A stretch of 64,000 bases of DNA from Eledone cirrhosa. Lineage: Eukaryota. Of the stretch, positions 50,403 through 63,056 are shown in pieces; position 1 is the stretch's first letter, and every line of letters starts with the position of its first letter. Both the position numbers and the translations under genes were made by a program. Location: NCBI GenBank assembly GCA_964016885.1, contig OZ024740.1, positions 238,328,001-238,392,000 on the forward strand. The letters are read 5' to 3'. The notes under the pieces were generated by a model that searched no databases, was not told the DNA's origin, and was given only the letters and a program-made list of their open reading frames with translations.

Positions 50403-52500
50403 CAGTTTTTTTTTATATCAGCTGGAAGCTCTTTCTATAATTGGTGATAGAAAAGGTATCCAGCTGTAGAAAACCTACCAAACAAGGTGGAAAGGACTCT
50501 TCAGCTTTGTTAAATACATGACAACCTCCTTAATGCTGGTTCCATGATAAAATGCACCCTGTTGAGCATAGTAATATATGTAAGCGCACTGTTGGCCTGG
50601 GCCCATCTGAGAGGTCAGTAGCTCCACTTGAGTACTGACTCGATCTGTGAAGACCTGTCCAACCCTTGCTAGCAGAGGAGACAGATGAATGATGATCTGA
50701 GTGCTGCTCTATAAGCAGTCAAGCTAGCAACATTGACTTCTCTAAAACCTTTCACTTAGGTCAGTCATGAGAAATTTCTTGTAAAGCTTCCTGCTTTAAT
50801 CTTTGCAAGTTGTTTCTTTGCAATGTGTATTGATAGATTTTTCTTAATCTGGGAGTAAGTTAATCATTCCTCTAATATTCTTCTACCTTAATGACCTGCT
50901 CAGTATTCTGTCTAGCAATACTCTTATCTCTGACAATGGCATTACTCTACACCTCTTCTTTGGCTTCTACTAGCTTTCTTGATCTAAATCCTGAAAATTT
51001 TCTGTAGGTCTTCATATTTTCCATAAATGGAGAGCATTATGAGAATATTATATAGATATGACAATCTATTCTCATTCAAGACAGGCTGTTGCCAGGTTTT
51101 AGTGCTTAGAAGTGGCTTTAAAGCATTCTGAGTGGGCACTCTAATTTGCCACAAATATATTTCAGGGTGTTTTTTATAAACTTTATTTCCTGAGAGTGCA
51201 CCATTGAAAAGTAGGGGATCACAGCCATTTTGTGTCCCTCCTTGGGGAAGAAACACCCTTATTTCTGGCAAATGACTGATGACTAAAATCAATTCATTTC
51301 TTAGAAATGCTAGACATAAATGTGTTTGAAACATTCTAATGATGTCCCTGCAGAGTCAAAACTATTTTGCAAAGATTGTGCTTCTTTTGGACCATGAAAT
51401 AGATCAGCTTGAACAGCTAACTTTCTACACACAAACATTCTGAACTCTATGGTGGAATAAATTGTCCAATAAGAAAGCCCTTTCTTAACACTGGTTCATC
51501 ATCAAACTGTCCTCATTAATCTCAATTTTGCTAGGTCTCTTTCATGCTCTTACACACATGGATTCTAAATATATTAACCAGCATGTACATCATCGTCATT
51601 ATTTAATGTCTGCTTTCCCTGCTTGCAAGGGTTGTACATCTATTTGTACTACTTATTTCACATCCTAAAAAAATTGCATGATTTTTCTTTTCTTGGAACT
51701 CTCTTCCTGCAGTTGCATGTCTGCACATCTAGAATATAACTAAAGATAAACTTGTGTTAATCTGACAAGAAAAACTTGAGTGAGATTAACAAAGATTAAT
51801 GTGATGATTATGATGAAATTGGTCTGTGGTTTTGAAGGCATGAGGGTGATTTGGACTGTGATATTCGTGCTCTATCTTTCCTATCATCCTTCATTTCTAA
51901 GTTTCACAGTTTGTAAGTTTGTGTCTCTCTGCTAAAGTGAATATTTTACAATAACTAACTTCAATGATCTACTAAAGTTGGCTAAAGGTTATCTTTGTGT
52001 ATATAACACAACCAGACTGTTTTGCCATATATACCAGTATTTATAGACTGTTCAATCAATGAAGCTCTCTGTAATGCTGAAATAAGTCCAATAAGTAAAT
52101 AATCTCATACCTATCAGTAAATTTTGTAGTTGCAGTCTAATTGTGAAATGAAAACATTGTTAAACCTCATTTCAGTGATGGAACATAGTGTTGATGAAAC
52201 GTATCTGAAGACATTTTTATAGGTTACTCTTTGCTACATACCAAAAAAAACTAAACTAACAAGCATTTTAAAGCCATTTTCTCCTACTTGAGTAGGAGTT
52301 AGCTTTGCAGGCCTCATAACGGGCTTCATACACATCAGGATTTTTTTTTTTCTGGCAATGTTAATCGACCGGATACCCCTCCTGACAACAACCCTTTTAG
52401 TTGTTTTTTTTAATGATTTGCATTGATATGGTGTACCTATTCTAAACTGTATGCAGGTCTTTACTGCACACTATACAAGTCATAACAAGACAGACTGAAA

Positions 52501-52718
52501 TTAACTCTTAACATCCTATGATTTAGCAGAAAATGTTGAAAAGCAGGTTTATATTAATTCAAATGTTTATTGTATCTTTAATAGGGGGGAGGCATATACT
52601 TGCAGTATTAGATTATAAACTTTAATTTTTAATGTTATGTAATCATAGTACTGTTTTGTACTTTTCAAGAATGTTTTACTAATGCAGTTATATATGGCTC
52701 CAGGATGTTAAGAGTTAA
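52501..52718. mobile_element. TTAA-flanked MITE (piggyBac-like, second family)
   Basis: TTAACTCTTAACATCCT / AGGATGTTAAGAGTTAA. Confidence 0.65.
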
Positions 52719-53211
52719 AACTGGTTGCTATTACTATCCATCTGTTGTTTGAATTTACTGATCTGGTATAGGTTTATATGCAGCATGCTGTGATAGTTCA
52801 TCAAAACTTTCTTGTCACTTATTTATTTATTTGATATTTTTTTTAAAATCTCTTTAATTTCTTATACCACATTTTTTTCATTCTTTAGTTCTTTGTTTCC
52901 TCCCAGCCATTCCATTTATGGTATAAGTTCAAATCTTAACTCTACAACTCCCTACTTTGGTGTATATTGACTTCTGTTATTGTATGGGAAATTGAAACTG
53001 TCTGTTGTAATTATTGTTAGAAACCCTATTAGATATTAGCATAGACTTCTTGGTAACTTTGCCTTTCATCCTTACGGGGTCAATAAAATAATGCACCAGT
53101 AATGCACTGGGGTAATTGCTGCCAAAAGTAAAAACAATTATAATGTATGTAAGGACCTGTAACTCCTGATTGAGTCATAGGGGCTCATATAACATGGCTT
53201 GGACACTTTAA

Positions 53212-53434
53212 CCCTTTAGCATTTAAACCGGCCATATCCGGCCAGAACTCTCTCGCCTTTCTGTTCAAACTGGCTGCAACTGGCCGCTCATGCCTACATT
53301 AAGGTATTGTTTATTGTTTTCAAAATGAATATCAAAATCGCATAGATTTGATATTATGTGAGATAATTGTGTAAGATAAAGCCTTTTCTGTGAAAATATA
53401 ATAGTATATATAGAGTAATGTAAATGTTAAAGGG
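53212..53434 (+). mobile_element. piggyBac-type MITE nested in another repeat
   Basis: TTAA TSD; the host repeat 53144-53515 has an uninterrupted reverse copy at about 16555-16696. Confidence 0.85.
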
Positions 53435-53863
53435 TTAAACCTGGTAGTCCATCTCTTCTCCAGATTTGAACACTGCCAATTTCTTTTAGAGAAGAGAAAG
53501 AGTAATAGAGGGAGTGAGAAAGAGATGCAGAGAAAGCATCTACTCTAATACTTGACTGGTACTTTTATTGACCTTAAAAAGGATGAAAGGCAGTCATTAT
53601 AATGACAACTATTTAAATGTTGTTGACTGAGGTAAGAGTTGAAGGCTATTGCCAAAAATGTTCATTGAGTTGCTTTTTGTAGCTAAAACAGTTAATTCTC
53701 ATTGGCTCAGGATGCCAACTTGTACAATAAATAATACTGAGATACACAGTTTATTATACCAACTAGCAGAAAAACCACCCTCCGGGTGGTTTTCTGCTAG
53801 CATGTGTAGTGTGTATATTGATATACGGAATTTAGCACATAAATTATGTAATATTCATTCATT

Positions 53864-54051
53864 GGTGGGTTGGCAGTATCGGTAGAGAGTCGGACACCAT
53901 GCTTTGAAGCATAGTTACGTCCCTTTATGATCTGAGTTCAAATCCCGCCGAGGTTAAGTTTGCCTTTCATCCTTACGGGGTCGATAAAATAAAGTACCAG
54001 TAATGCACTGGAATAATTGCTGGCCTTGTGCCAAAAGTAGAAACAATTATT
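53864..54051 (+). mobile_element. family-A tRNA-derived SINE (reference copy)
   Basis: A box TGGCAGTATCGG 53871-53882, B box GAGTTCAAATCC 53934-53945; the central domain resembles the MetaSINE-type domain from memory. Confidence 0.85.
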
Positions 54052-55120
54052 TATTCATAGTAATGTAACTTATTTTACAAACGGGATAAAAAAATATATT
54101 CTGGACACAGTCCCGCACTCTCCCCTTTATTATAGTTGAGACTAGATAAAATACTGTGTAACTGATTAGCTTTGTTAGCTTGCAGTGCAAAATTCAATGA
54201 GAGAAATTCCTTAGAATCATGTCAAATGATATTGATTAGATTTCTAGAGAAAGCATGTTCATGATCTAAATGTTGCAATTGGATATTGTTTGCATCTCTG
54301 TGCATGTATATCTGTATCTGCATCTTTATGTACATCTGCATGTATATATACATTTGTGTCTTGTGAATATGTTTGACTCTGTGTGTGATCTAGTTACATA
54401 TATACCAAGTTTTTTAAAATAGGTTACTTGTCTAATATGTAATTTCAATCTGTAACACTCGCTGAAAAAAAAAAGAGCATGAAATTCAAATTACAGTGGA
54501 AAACAGTTTTAGTATCAGGTGGTGGTACAAATTATATGCAAATTCATGATTATGACTCATTAAAATCCAATTTTAGTGTTCAGTGTGTTTTTTATGGGTT
54601 ATAGTACTATGACAAAAGATAAGTGAAAATGGAGTAAATGTTGACACAGAGGAAGCGTTGATTGCAATACAGGCTTTTGACAATTAGTTGATTGACCAAC
54701 TAATTAGTGGATTAATTACTTGATTAATAATAATCCTGAAAAAGCATGGGTTTGAATTGGCAGCATGACTCTCCCAAAATACATCTATTTCAAAACACAA
54801 TTTTACATCAAGAATATATATGCATACATACACATGCACACAATTGTATAAATCTTTGTTTACTGCAAAATAGCTTTCGTTTAAAATTAAGCCTGTCTAT
54901 TTGGATTGAGGATTTGACTTTGAACAGAGCAGTAAATTCTAAAATGTATTGAACATCTTTACTAGCTAGAACGAAACACTTAATAAATTAACATCTATTG
55001 GTGGCTTTTGGCTGATACTTTTTTTTTATTTTTTAACATTTTGGGGGCTTTGTTGTTGGAAATATTGTTACTGATTTTAATGACTCTTAACTTACAATAT
55101 TGCTGACTCATGTGCAAAAC

Positions 55121-55152
<32 letters not shown>

Positions 55153-55664
55153 CCTATTTGAAAGTTATTTATAAAATAGAATGTTACATCAAATTATGAG
55201 TAAAATAAAAATGTTCAAAGTCATTTAGGTATTGCTCCTCTCAAAAATCTGTTAAAGTCAGTTCTTGGTCTTAAGTCATTGAGATGAATTTATAAGGTGA
55301 GATTTTTAGGAAAAAAAATTGATCTAGTGTAAAGCATTGCCAAAGCTTCTAAAAGATAAACTGTTGATGGAAGGGTCTTTACCGCAGACTTGTTATTGAA
55401 CTGGTCGGCAGTTAAGGCACTTTTAGTGAGGCGGGTAACAAGACCTGGACTTTAAGGGTAGATCGCTCCTTATATTTGTAAATGTTTGTCATGCTGGAAA
55501 TAACAATTCAATATATTGCCATTTGTTGTTATTGTGTATAGCTTAACTAAAGCTATACTAGTGTATTTCACATTTTACACCACTTTAGAGTACAGTGTCC
55601 TACTTATTTTTGTAATAAAATCATTTCAAACTATCAGTAAATAATGAAAATAACTTATATTTCT

Positions 55665-55855
55665 AATAATTGTTTCTACTTTTGGCACAAGGCCAGCAAT
55701 TACCCAGTATATTACTGGTACTTTATTTTATCGACCCCCATAAGGATGAAAGGCAAAGTTAACCTCGGCGGGATTTGAACTCGGACCATAAAGGGACATA
55801 ACTGTGCTGCAAAGCATGGCGTCTGACCCTCTACTGATACTGCCAATCCACCACC
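55665..55855 (-). mobile_element. family-A SINE
   Basis: Full-length copy. Confidence 0.85.
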
Positions 55856-56413
55856 ATATATATTTCTAATAATGAAACCCAGAAATAAGATTCCAGTTGT
55901 GAAAAGTCTTCTTCACCCACTATTCCTTAAAGGGTCATGGGGGCAAAGTCCTCAAACACTCCCTTCAGCGGGTCCTGTTGGAAACAACTGTCTCCAACTG
56001 AACCAGCTGGATTCCCAGGCGTGACTAGCCAAGCTCATGAATGTTATCCAACCATCTTGCTCGGGATCTACTCCTGGGCTGTTTTCGCCCATAAAATCTG
56101 TCCAGTGATTCTTTCCTGAGACATTCTAACCACGTGCCCATAGTATCAGAGCTGTGATCTCACAACTCAGAGAAGTGTGTCACTCTGATCTCCGAGTGAC
56201 ACACTTTATCGAGTAATGTTACTCCAAAGGCCCTTCGGAGCAACCCCATTTCGGCCGCTTGTATTCACGAAAAGTCAATTCCAACAAAAAGTATATAATA
56301 TAGACATAATCCTATAATGTATGCAATGAAATAAAGGGTAATGTGTATACATCGTTTCACTTCTGAAAATTGTATGTAAGCAAAACGAGGAAAGTAATGA
56401 GTATTCAGTAATG

Positions 56414-59220
56414 AATATATCCTTACCAGAAGATGTGACAGAGTGTCTGTTGTTAACACTAAATCCCACCCCCATGAAGAATTCACCTCCCAACATAGAC
56501 TGATAATTAGCGACCTCATAGTCAGGACGAGACGTACTAGACAGCGAAAGAGGACTATCCTCAGGAGAAAAATATGGAAGCTAAAGGACCCCATAGCCAG
56601 AAATAAATTTCAAAGCAAATTACTTGACGCTTTCGACAGTAAGGAAGAGCAATTAGAGTCGTATAATATAGAGGAACAGTGGGAATTCCTGAGAGCAAAC
56701 CTGCTGACGGCGGCAGACGAAGTCTGTGGCTGGAGCAGGCCTGTAGGTAGGAGGAGAGTAACATGGTGGTGGAACAGTAAGGTGGAGGAGTCAATTAAGG
56801 CCAAAAAGCAGGCTTGGAAAGTATGGCGGGATGGGGGAAGTAGAGAAGACTATCAAGTGGCCAGGAGGGAAGCTAGGAGACAAGTGTACTTCGCAAGAAG
56901 GGAAGCAGAGGAAAGAAAGTTCAAGCATGTTCTACAACGTGAGGACCAAAAACGTGAGGTGTTCAGGATTGCCAGGCAATGTGTCAAGGAAAACCGTGAT
57001 ATTGTCGGGGAGAAGTGTGTACTTAACGATGATGGCATACTTGCCATCACCGACGCTGATAAGAAGGTAGCTTGGAAGTGTCACTACGAAAGGCTTCTAA
57101 ATGAGGAGAACAAATGGGAGAAAGACAGTCTCCCCCAGATCGATCCAATAGAGGGACCAGCAGTGTTAGTTGAAGGTAGTATAATAAGTAAGGCAATCAA
57201 AGATATGAAGACGGGTAAGGCGGCTGGGCCTTCGGAAATAGTTGCTGAGATGCTGAAGGCATCTGGTTCGGTGGGACACACCATGGTCACCCGGATAGTT
57301 AACCAAGTCGTACAGAATGGGGTTGTTCCGAAGGAATGGCGTAGCAGCATCATCGTTAACTGCTATAAGGGAAAAGGAGATGCCCTAGATAGGAGTAACT
57401 ATAGAGGCATTAAATTAATCGACCAGGTCATGAAGGTCACGGAAAAAGTAATAGCGCAACTAATCAGAGAGAGAATTGATCTAGATGAAATGCAGTTCGG
57501 GTTTGTGTCAGGCAAAAGTACCACAGACGCTCTTTTCATTGTACGACAACTACAGGAGAAGTACCTAGCTAAAAGTAAACCCCTATACTTAGCTTTTGTC
57601 GACTTGGAGAAAGCCTTCGACAGAGTCCCCCGTTCCATTATCTGGTGGTCTCTTAGAAAACTAGGTGTTGACGAATGGCTTGTGAGAGCTATACAAGCCA
57701 TGTATAAAGAAACAGTCAGTAAGGTTAGAATTAACAACGAATATAGTGAAGAGTTTAGCGTAAAAGTTGGTGTCCATCAGGGCTCTGTACTTAGCCCCCT
57801 ACTATTTATTATTGCCCTTCAGGCTATAACAGAGGAGTTCAAGACCGGCTGCCCATGGGAACTCCTATACGCAGATGATCTAACGCTCATAGCTGAATCA
57901 ATGACCGAACTAGAGAAGAAATTCCAAACGTGGAAGCACGGCCTAGAATCAAAAGGCCTTAAAATTAACCTGGCTAAGACTAAAGTTCTAGTTTGTAGGA
58001 AAGAAAATAAGGCGGCGGTCCCATCGGGGAAATGGCCATGCTCAGTGTGTAGGAAAGGCGTAGGTAGAAACTCCATTTTATGTCCCAAATGCAAAGTATG
58101 GGTGCATAAAAGATGTAGTGGGATCACAGGTAAGCTAACTAAGAACATAGATTTTACATGTGGCCGGTGCTCTGGTGCAATAAGTAGCAGCAAGTGCCCA
58201 CAAAATACTAGCTCCTTCAACTGCGCAGAGGGTTCTATAGAAATAGTGGACAGCTTCCGTTATCTGGGTGACAAAATCAGCAGTGGGGGAGGGTGCTCTG
58301 AAAGTACAGTAGCTAGAGTCAGAACTGGATGGAAAAAGTTCAGAGAGCTTATACCACTATTAGCCGCTAGAGGGTTCTCCCTAAAAATGAAAGGCAGGTT
58401 ATACGATGCCTGCATACGAACAGCAATGCTGCATGGCAGTGAGACCTGGGCATTGTGTGCAGAGGATATACGCAGACTAGAGAGGAACGAAGCTTGCATG
58501 CTCCGCTGGATGTGCAATAGTAATATACGTGAACGGCAAAGCATAAACGAACTAAGGAAAAAATTAGAAATAAGAGGGATCAAATGTTGTTTACTCGAGA
58601 GAAGGCTACGTTGGTACGGTCACGTGATGCGCATGAAAGACGACAGCTGTATAACAAAGTGCAGGGCAATAAAGATAGACGGTAGCCACGGAGTAGGCAG
58701 ACCCAGAAAAACATGGGACGAGCTGATAAATTCCGACCTCACACGCTTACACCTCTCCAAGACAATTACACTGGACCGAGACCTTTGGCGGTACTCAGTA
58801 ATAGAGAAGACCCGCCTTACCTAAATACAAAGTAAAAACCTACTACAGTCAGTAGGCATCTCTATCAAAACACACCCCCGTCCCACCACCTCCACCCCAC
58901 CCACACCGCCCCTTTCAATGTAAAGTTATGTTGGTCCCACAACATCCAGGCCGAAACAAATGAGATCGTGTAGGTGTCACGACAAAAAACACACAGTCCA
59001 CGCTGTAAATGTGGCCGTGTAGGCAACACGGTAAAAACCTCCCAGCCCCACACTGTAAATGTGGTTGGTGTTAGGAAGGGCATCCAACTGTAGAAAACCC
59101 GCCAGACAGTCCTATGCGAGCAAGACAACCACTCTTGCCTCAAGTGGGAAAACCCCCGTCCAAACCCATGCAAGCGTGGAACACGGACGCTAAACCTGAT
59201 GATGATGATGATGATGATGA
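56414..59220 (+). mobile_element. young RTE LINE, 5'-truncated, uninterrupted 793-codon RT + PHD ORF (56443-58824)
   Basis: Complete RT motifs (YRGIKL, QFGF, DLEKAFD, QGSVLSP, YADD, FRYLG) with no stops; most of the APE domain is missing; 3' UTR and (GAT)n. Confidence 0.95.
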
Positions 59221-59441
59221 AGGCATGAGTATTGTATTTACTTTTTTCAACTGACGAGAATTTTTTAAAGATAAAAATTTAATTAGAAATAAAAATAAAA
59301 TGTTTTATACACTTATATTTGTGTATCTGGTAATCATTTGACTGGAAAACATTGTGGGGTGGGGGGGGGGGGGTTAAAGAGTACTCCCATCGTTTTACAT
59401 CCTTCTCTTCTCTTTTCTTGATTTGTCACACTGTATTTTTC

Positions 59442-59476
<35 letters not shown>

Positions 59477-59620
59477 CCCCCCCTATGCAATTGTTCATTA
59501 GATGCCATATTGAGATTTACCATTACAGAATTACTGCAAATTGTGTGTGTGTGTGTGTAGGATATCTGTAGATAAAGGGCAAAGGAAAACAATGCTCAAT
59601 CTATTGCAAGAGAGCTTATT

Positions 59621-59873
59621 TAGTATAATTAAAATTTCATACACTTAACATGTATGGGTGACCTTAGGTTTTGGGGTCTAGTTATGGCCACCACTGTATA
59701 GTTGAAGAGCCATTTCAATACTGTAGGACACCAAGATGTGGACTAATGGTATTTTTCATTATTTTGTCTTGTCGCCCAGTGAAAGGCCAGTATTGAAACT
59801 ACTCCTCCACAATAGTGATGGCTATAGCTGGCCCCCAAAACCTAAGGTCGTGCATGAAATTTTAATTAGACTA
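59621..59873. mobile_element. foldback MITE
   Basis: TAGTATAATTAAAATTTCAT / ATGAAATTTTAATTAGACTA and GACCTTAGGTTTTGGGG / CCCCAAAACCTAAGGTC. Confidence 0.65.
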
Positions 59874-60370
59874 TATATATATATATATATATATTTCCTT
59901 TAACACTTTGAATCTACCCGCCAAAAACCGGGGGTTGCTTCCCTTGTTGGAAATAACACATGACAACTAAGTTTCGCTGGCTGCCTTCTTAGCAGCCGCA
60001 TTTAGCTCGTCCACTCCGATTTATGGCAGAACGGAATCCCTGTTGATGAAATGAATCCTCTGTTCAATCATGGAATACCACGAGCGTGCCTGTTACGTAA
60101 GTTGGATAACTGATTTCGGATTCATAGAAACACTTTAAACGTATATCGTTTGATTTGTCCAGGTGTATCTTTTTAACCTGTTAGTTCTTTCGTTACTTTG
60201 GTATTGTGTGGTTGGGTTTTGCCTACCGCAATGTTCAATTTGTCAAGCTATTTAAATGTATGTTATTACTCTAAGGACCTACCCTTATTGAGTGCTTTGC
60301 TAACTCATTCCTATTGTAGGTCGACTTTGCTTGCCCACAGCCAAAGCTTCGATTTTACTAAGCTTCCACT

Positions 60371-60479
<109 letters not shown>

Positions 60480-60490
60480 TAATATATATA

Positions 60491-60526
<36 letters not shown>

Positions 60527-60699
60527 ATAAAAATTGATGAAAATAAAGTTATTTCAATCATATTATTCCATAAACATCTGTGCATTATGCAGTCTAAAAA
60601 CTATATTTTAGAGCTTCATTTATTCAAATTATATTCAGGTATAATAATATATATAGTATATTAAGAACTTAGCATAGTCAGTAAAGAATATAATTTTAC

Positions 60700-60735
<36 letters not shown>

Positions 60736-60893
60736 TAAATATACACGGGTGTGTATGATTGTGTATAGAAGATTATATTAATAGGAGGAATTCCAACTTT
60801 GTCTGATTTACTCGTTTTATTTACAATCCTTAAAAATTTATAATGGTATTATAATGAAATAGTATGATAGAATATTAAATTCTAAGTGTTAAT

Positions 60894-60932
60894 TGAACAA
60901 GTACTTTCATGCTTTTGCAATCTTCAGGTTCA
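60894..60932 (-). ncRNA. minimal type I hammerhead ribozyme
   Basis: Mirror of 61237-61275, with loop II AAAA instead of GAAA. Confidence 0.65.
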
Positions 60933-61236
60933 TAATGTGTGGTGACAGTCAAGTTTTCAATTTTCAACTGTAATGAGATGGGTAAATTTTGTACCTTATA
61001 TACAGTGAAAAGTGGCTCCAGAATGCTAAATCTTGCAAACTGTATTTCGACCAATCGGTGTGTAGTTTCACTGAATTACTAAAGCTTTAGTAATTCAGTG
61101 AAACTACACACCGATTGGTCGAAATACAGTTTGCAAGATTTAGCATTCTGGAGCCACTTTTCACTGTATATAAGGTACAAAATTTACCCATCTCATTACA
61201 GTTGAAAATTGCAAACTTGACTGTCACCACACATTA

Positions 61237-61275
61237 TGAACCTGAAGATTGCGAAAGCATGAAAGTACTTGTTCA
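61237..61275 (+). ncRNA. minimal type I hammerhead ribozyme
   Basis: TGAAC-CTGAAGA-T TGC gaaa GCA T-GAAA-GTAC-TT-GTTCA; 5-bp stem I, palindromic AGTACT stem III; CUU triplet. Confidence 0.7.
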
Positions 61276-61489
61276 ATTAACACTTACCATTTAATATTCT
61301 ATCATACTATTTCATTATAATACCATTATAAATTTTAAAGGATTGTCTGATTTACTCGTTTTATTTACAAAGTTGGAATTCCTCTTATTAATATATATAT
61401 ATTAATATATATATATATTAATATATATATATATATATTAATATATATATATATATTAATATATATATATATATTAATATATATATATA

Positions 61490-61527
<38 letters not shown>

Positions 61528-61569
61528 TATATATATATATTAATATATATATATATATTAATATATATA

Positions 61570-61603
<34 letters not shown>

Positions 61604-61609
<6 letters not shown>

Positions 61610-62471
61610 GCGGACGATATTTGTTCGCAAGATTACTGTCTAGGAAAAAATAAGTTTTATTTTAAAGATTTATTTATCAAACTTGGGTCAGTTTGTCTTC
61701 ATGACTTGTTCTTTCGATCTCACTCGATAAACCCGCCATTGGCTTTGATGGCGGCCTCGGAACCGGCTACAGGCCTTCGTCATTGTCCCCCGACTTAGGC
61801 CCCTAAAGGCACTTGTGATCTTGGCCTTCAGATCATCTTTTGTATTGCAGCTAGATCTGTTGGGGTCTCGTTCCACTGCGCCCACACAAAGAAATTGAGG
61901 GGGTTGCAGTCAGACGAGCTGGGAGGCCAGATGTCAGGTGAAGTGTAGTCGACGAAGTTCTCTGACAGCCAGGCTTGGGTCTTTCAGCTGGTATGGCAGG
62001 GTGCTGAATCTTGCTGCCACACATACGGCCTACCTGCAGCTACCTGGTCAATCCAGGGCTTTACTACCTCGCTCAGAACGCAGATGTAGCCATCTGTGTT
62101 CAGCTTGAGGCTCTCGGGGAAGAAGTGAGGTGGCATGACGTCACCTTGACTGCTGACGACACCTAAGATCAATGTTGTTGCTGAAAACTTTGTCTACATG
62201 ACTCTGGGCACGTCTTTGGATGAGACGGCGAGCAACCTGTTGTTCTGGGAGTTGATCTTCTGATCTTATTTGTCCTCCCGGCGCGGATTCCAAGAACTCC
62301 GTGTCTCTTCCACAAATTTGGAGGTTCAAAATTATTCATAATCAATTATTCTGAAAATAAATAATGGAAATATAGTCAGTTTTTATGAAGACAAGAGTGA
62401 CAACGGAAGTAAAAAGAAATTTGCATAAAATTAGCAGTTGAAAATTGTGAACAAATCTCGTCCACACCCTG
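61604..62471 (-). mobile_element. DD37D (maT-type) transposon, second internally deleted copy
   Basis: Homologous to 114-1002; GDVMPPHFF...YVWQQDSAPCHTS; TIRs and TA flanks. Confidence 0.9.
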
Positions 62472-62483
62472 TATGTGTGTGTG

Positions 62484-62532
<49 letters not shown>

Positions 62533-63056
62533 GTAAAAATCCCCTTCGAGGCACAAGCCCAGGCAAGGTATTTTTGTGGAAGACCAGTAGTCACACATTC
62601 TTGCCAGTCTCCCCCTTCCATGCCACCGATGTTGTCCAAGGGAAAGGCAATGGCTGATACAGCTTGGCACTAATGATGTTGCAATTTATTTCTACAACTG
62701 AGTGAACTGGAGTGACATGAAATAGTGTCTTGCTCAAGGATACAATGCATCACCTAGTCTGTGAATCCAACTCTAACTACTAAGACTCGTGGCTACACAC
62801 ACATACTACACACCATGCTACACTGTATATGGTTAGGAATAGCATATGAAGATCAGCAGTGCTGAGAAGCTTGATACTGTTGGAATGTGTCAAAACAGTA
62901 GTGATCTCCAGTTGACAGGTGGTGAAGTGAATATTTCATTGTGCAAGCTGTATCTAAGTTAAAATATAAATATAGAAATTTATTTGAAGATGTGGGTATC
63001 CCAAATGCTGAAAATAGCAAACAACAATGGATCTGTATAAATATCTCAGAAAACTA

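Larger units (their letters stand above)
60776..61393. repeat. spacerless ~618-bp palindrome of a Penelope-like terminal fragment
   Basis: Symmetry axis at AAAG|CTTT (61084/61085); about 6 mismatches and one microinversion between arms; a hammerhead in each arm; flanked by TA tracts. Confidence 0.9.

Noticed and set aside
53864-53950. tRNA gene suggested by A/B boxes
   Set aside because: It is the head of a multi-copy SINE; no complete cloverleaf or terminator.
56561-58583. Series of antisense ORFs over the RTE
   Set aside because: Shadow frames of the sense ORF, repeated in sibling copies only because those copies are nearly identical.
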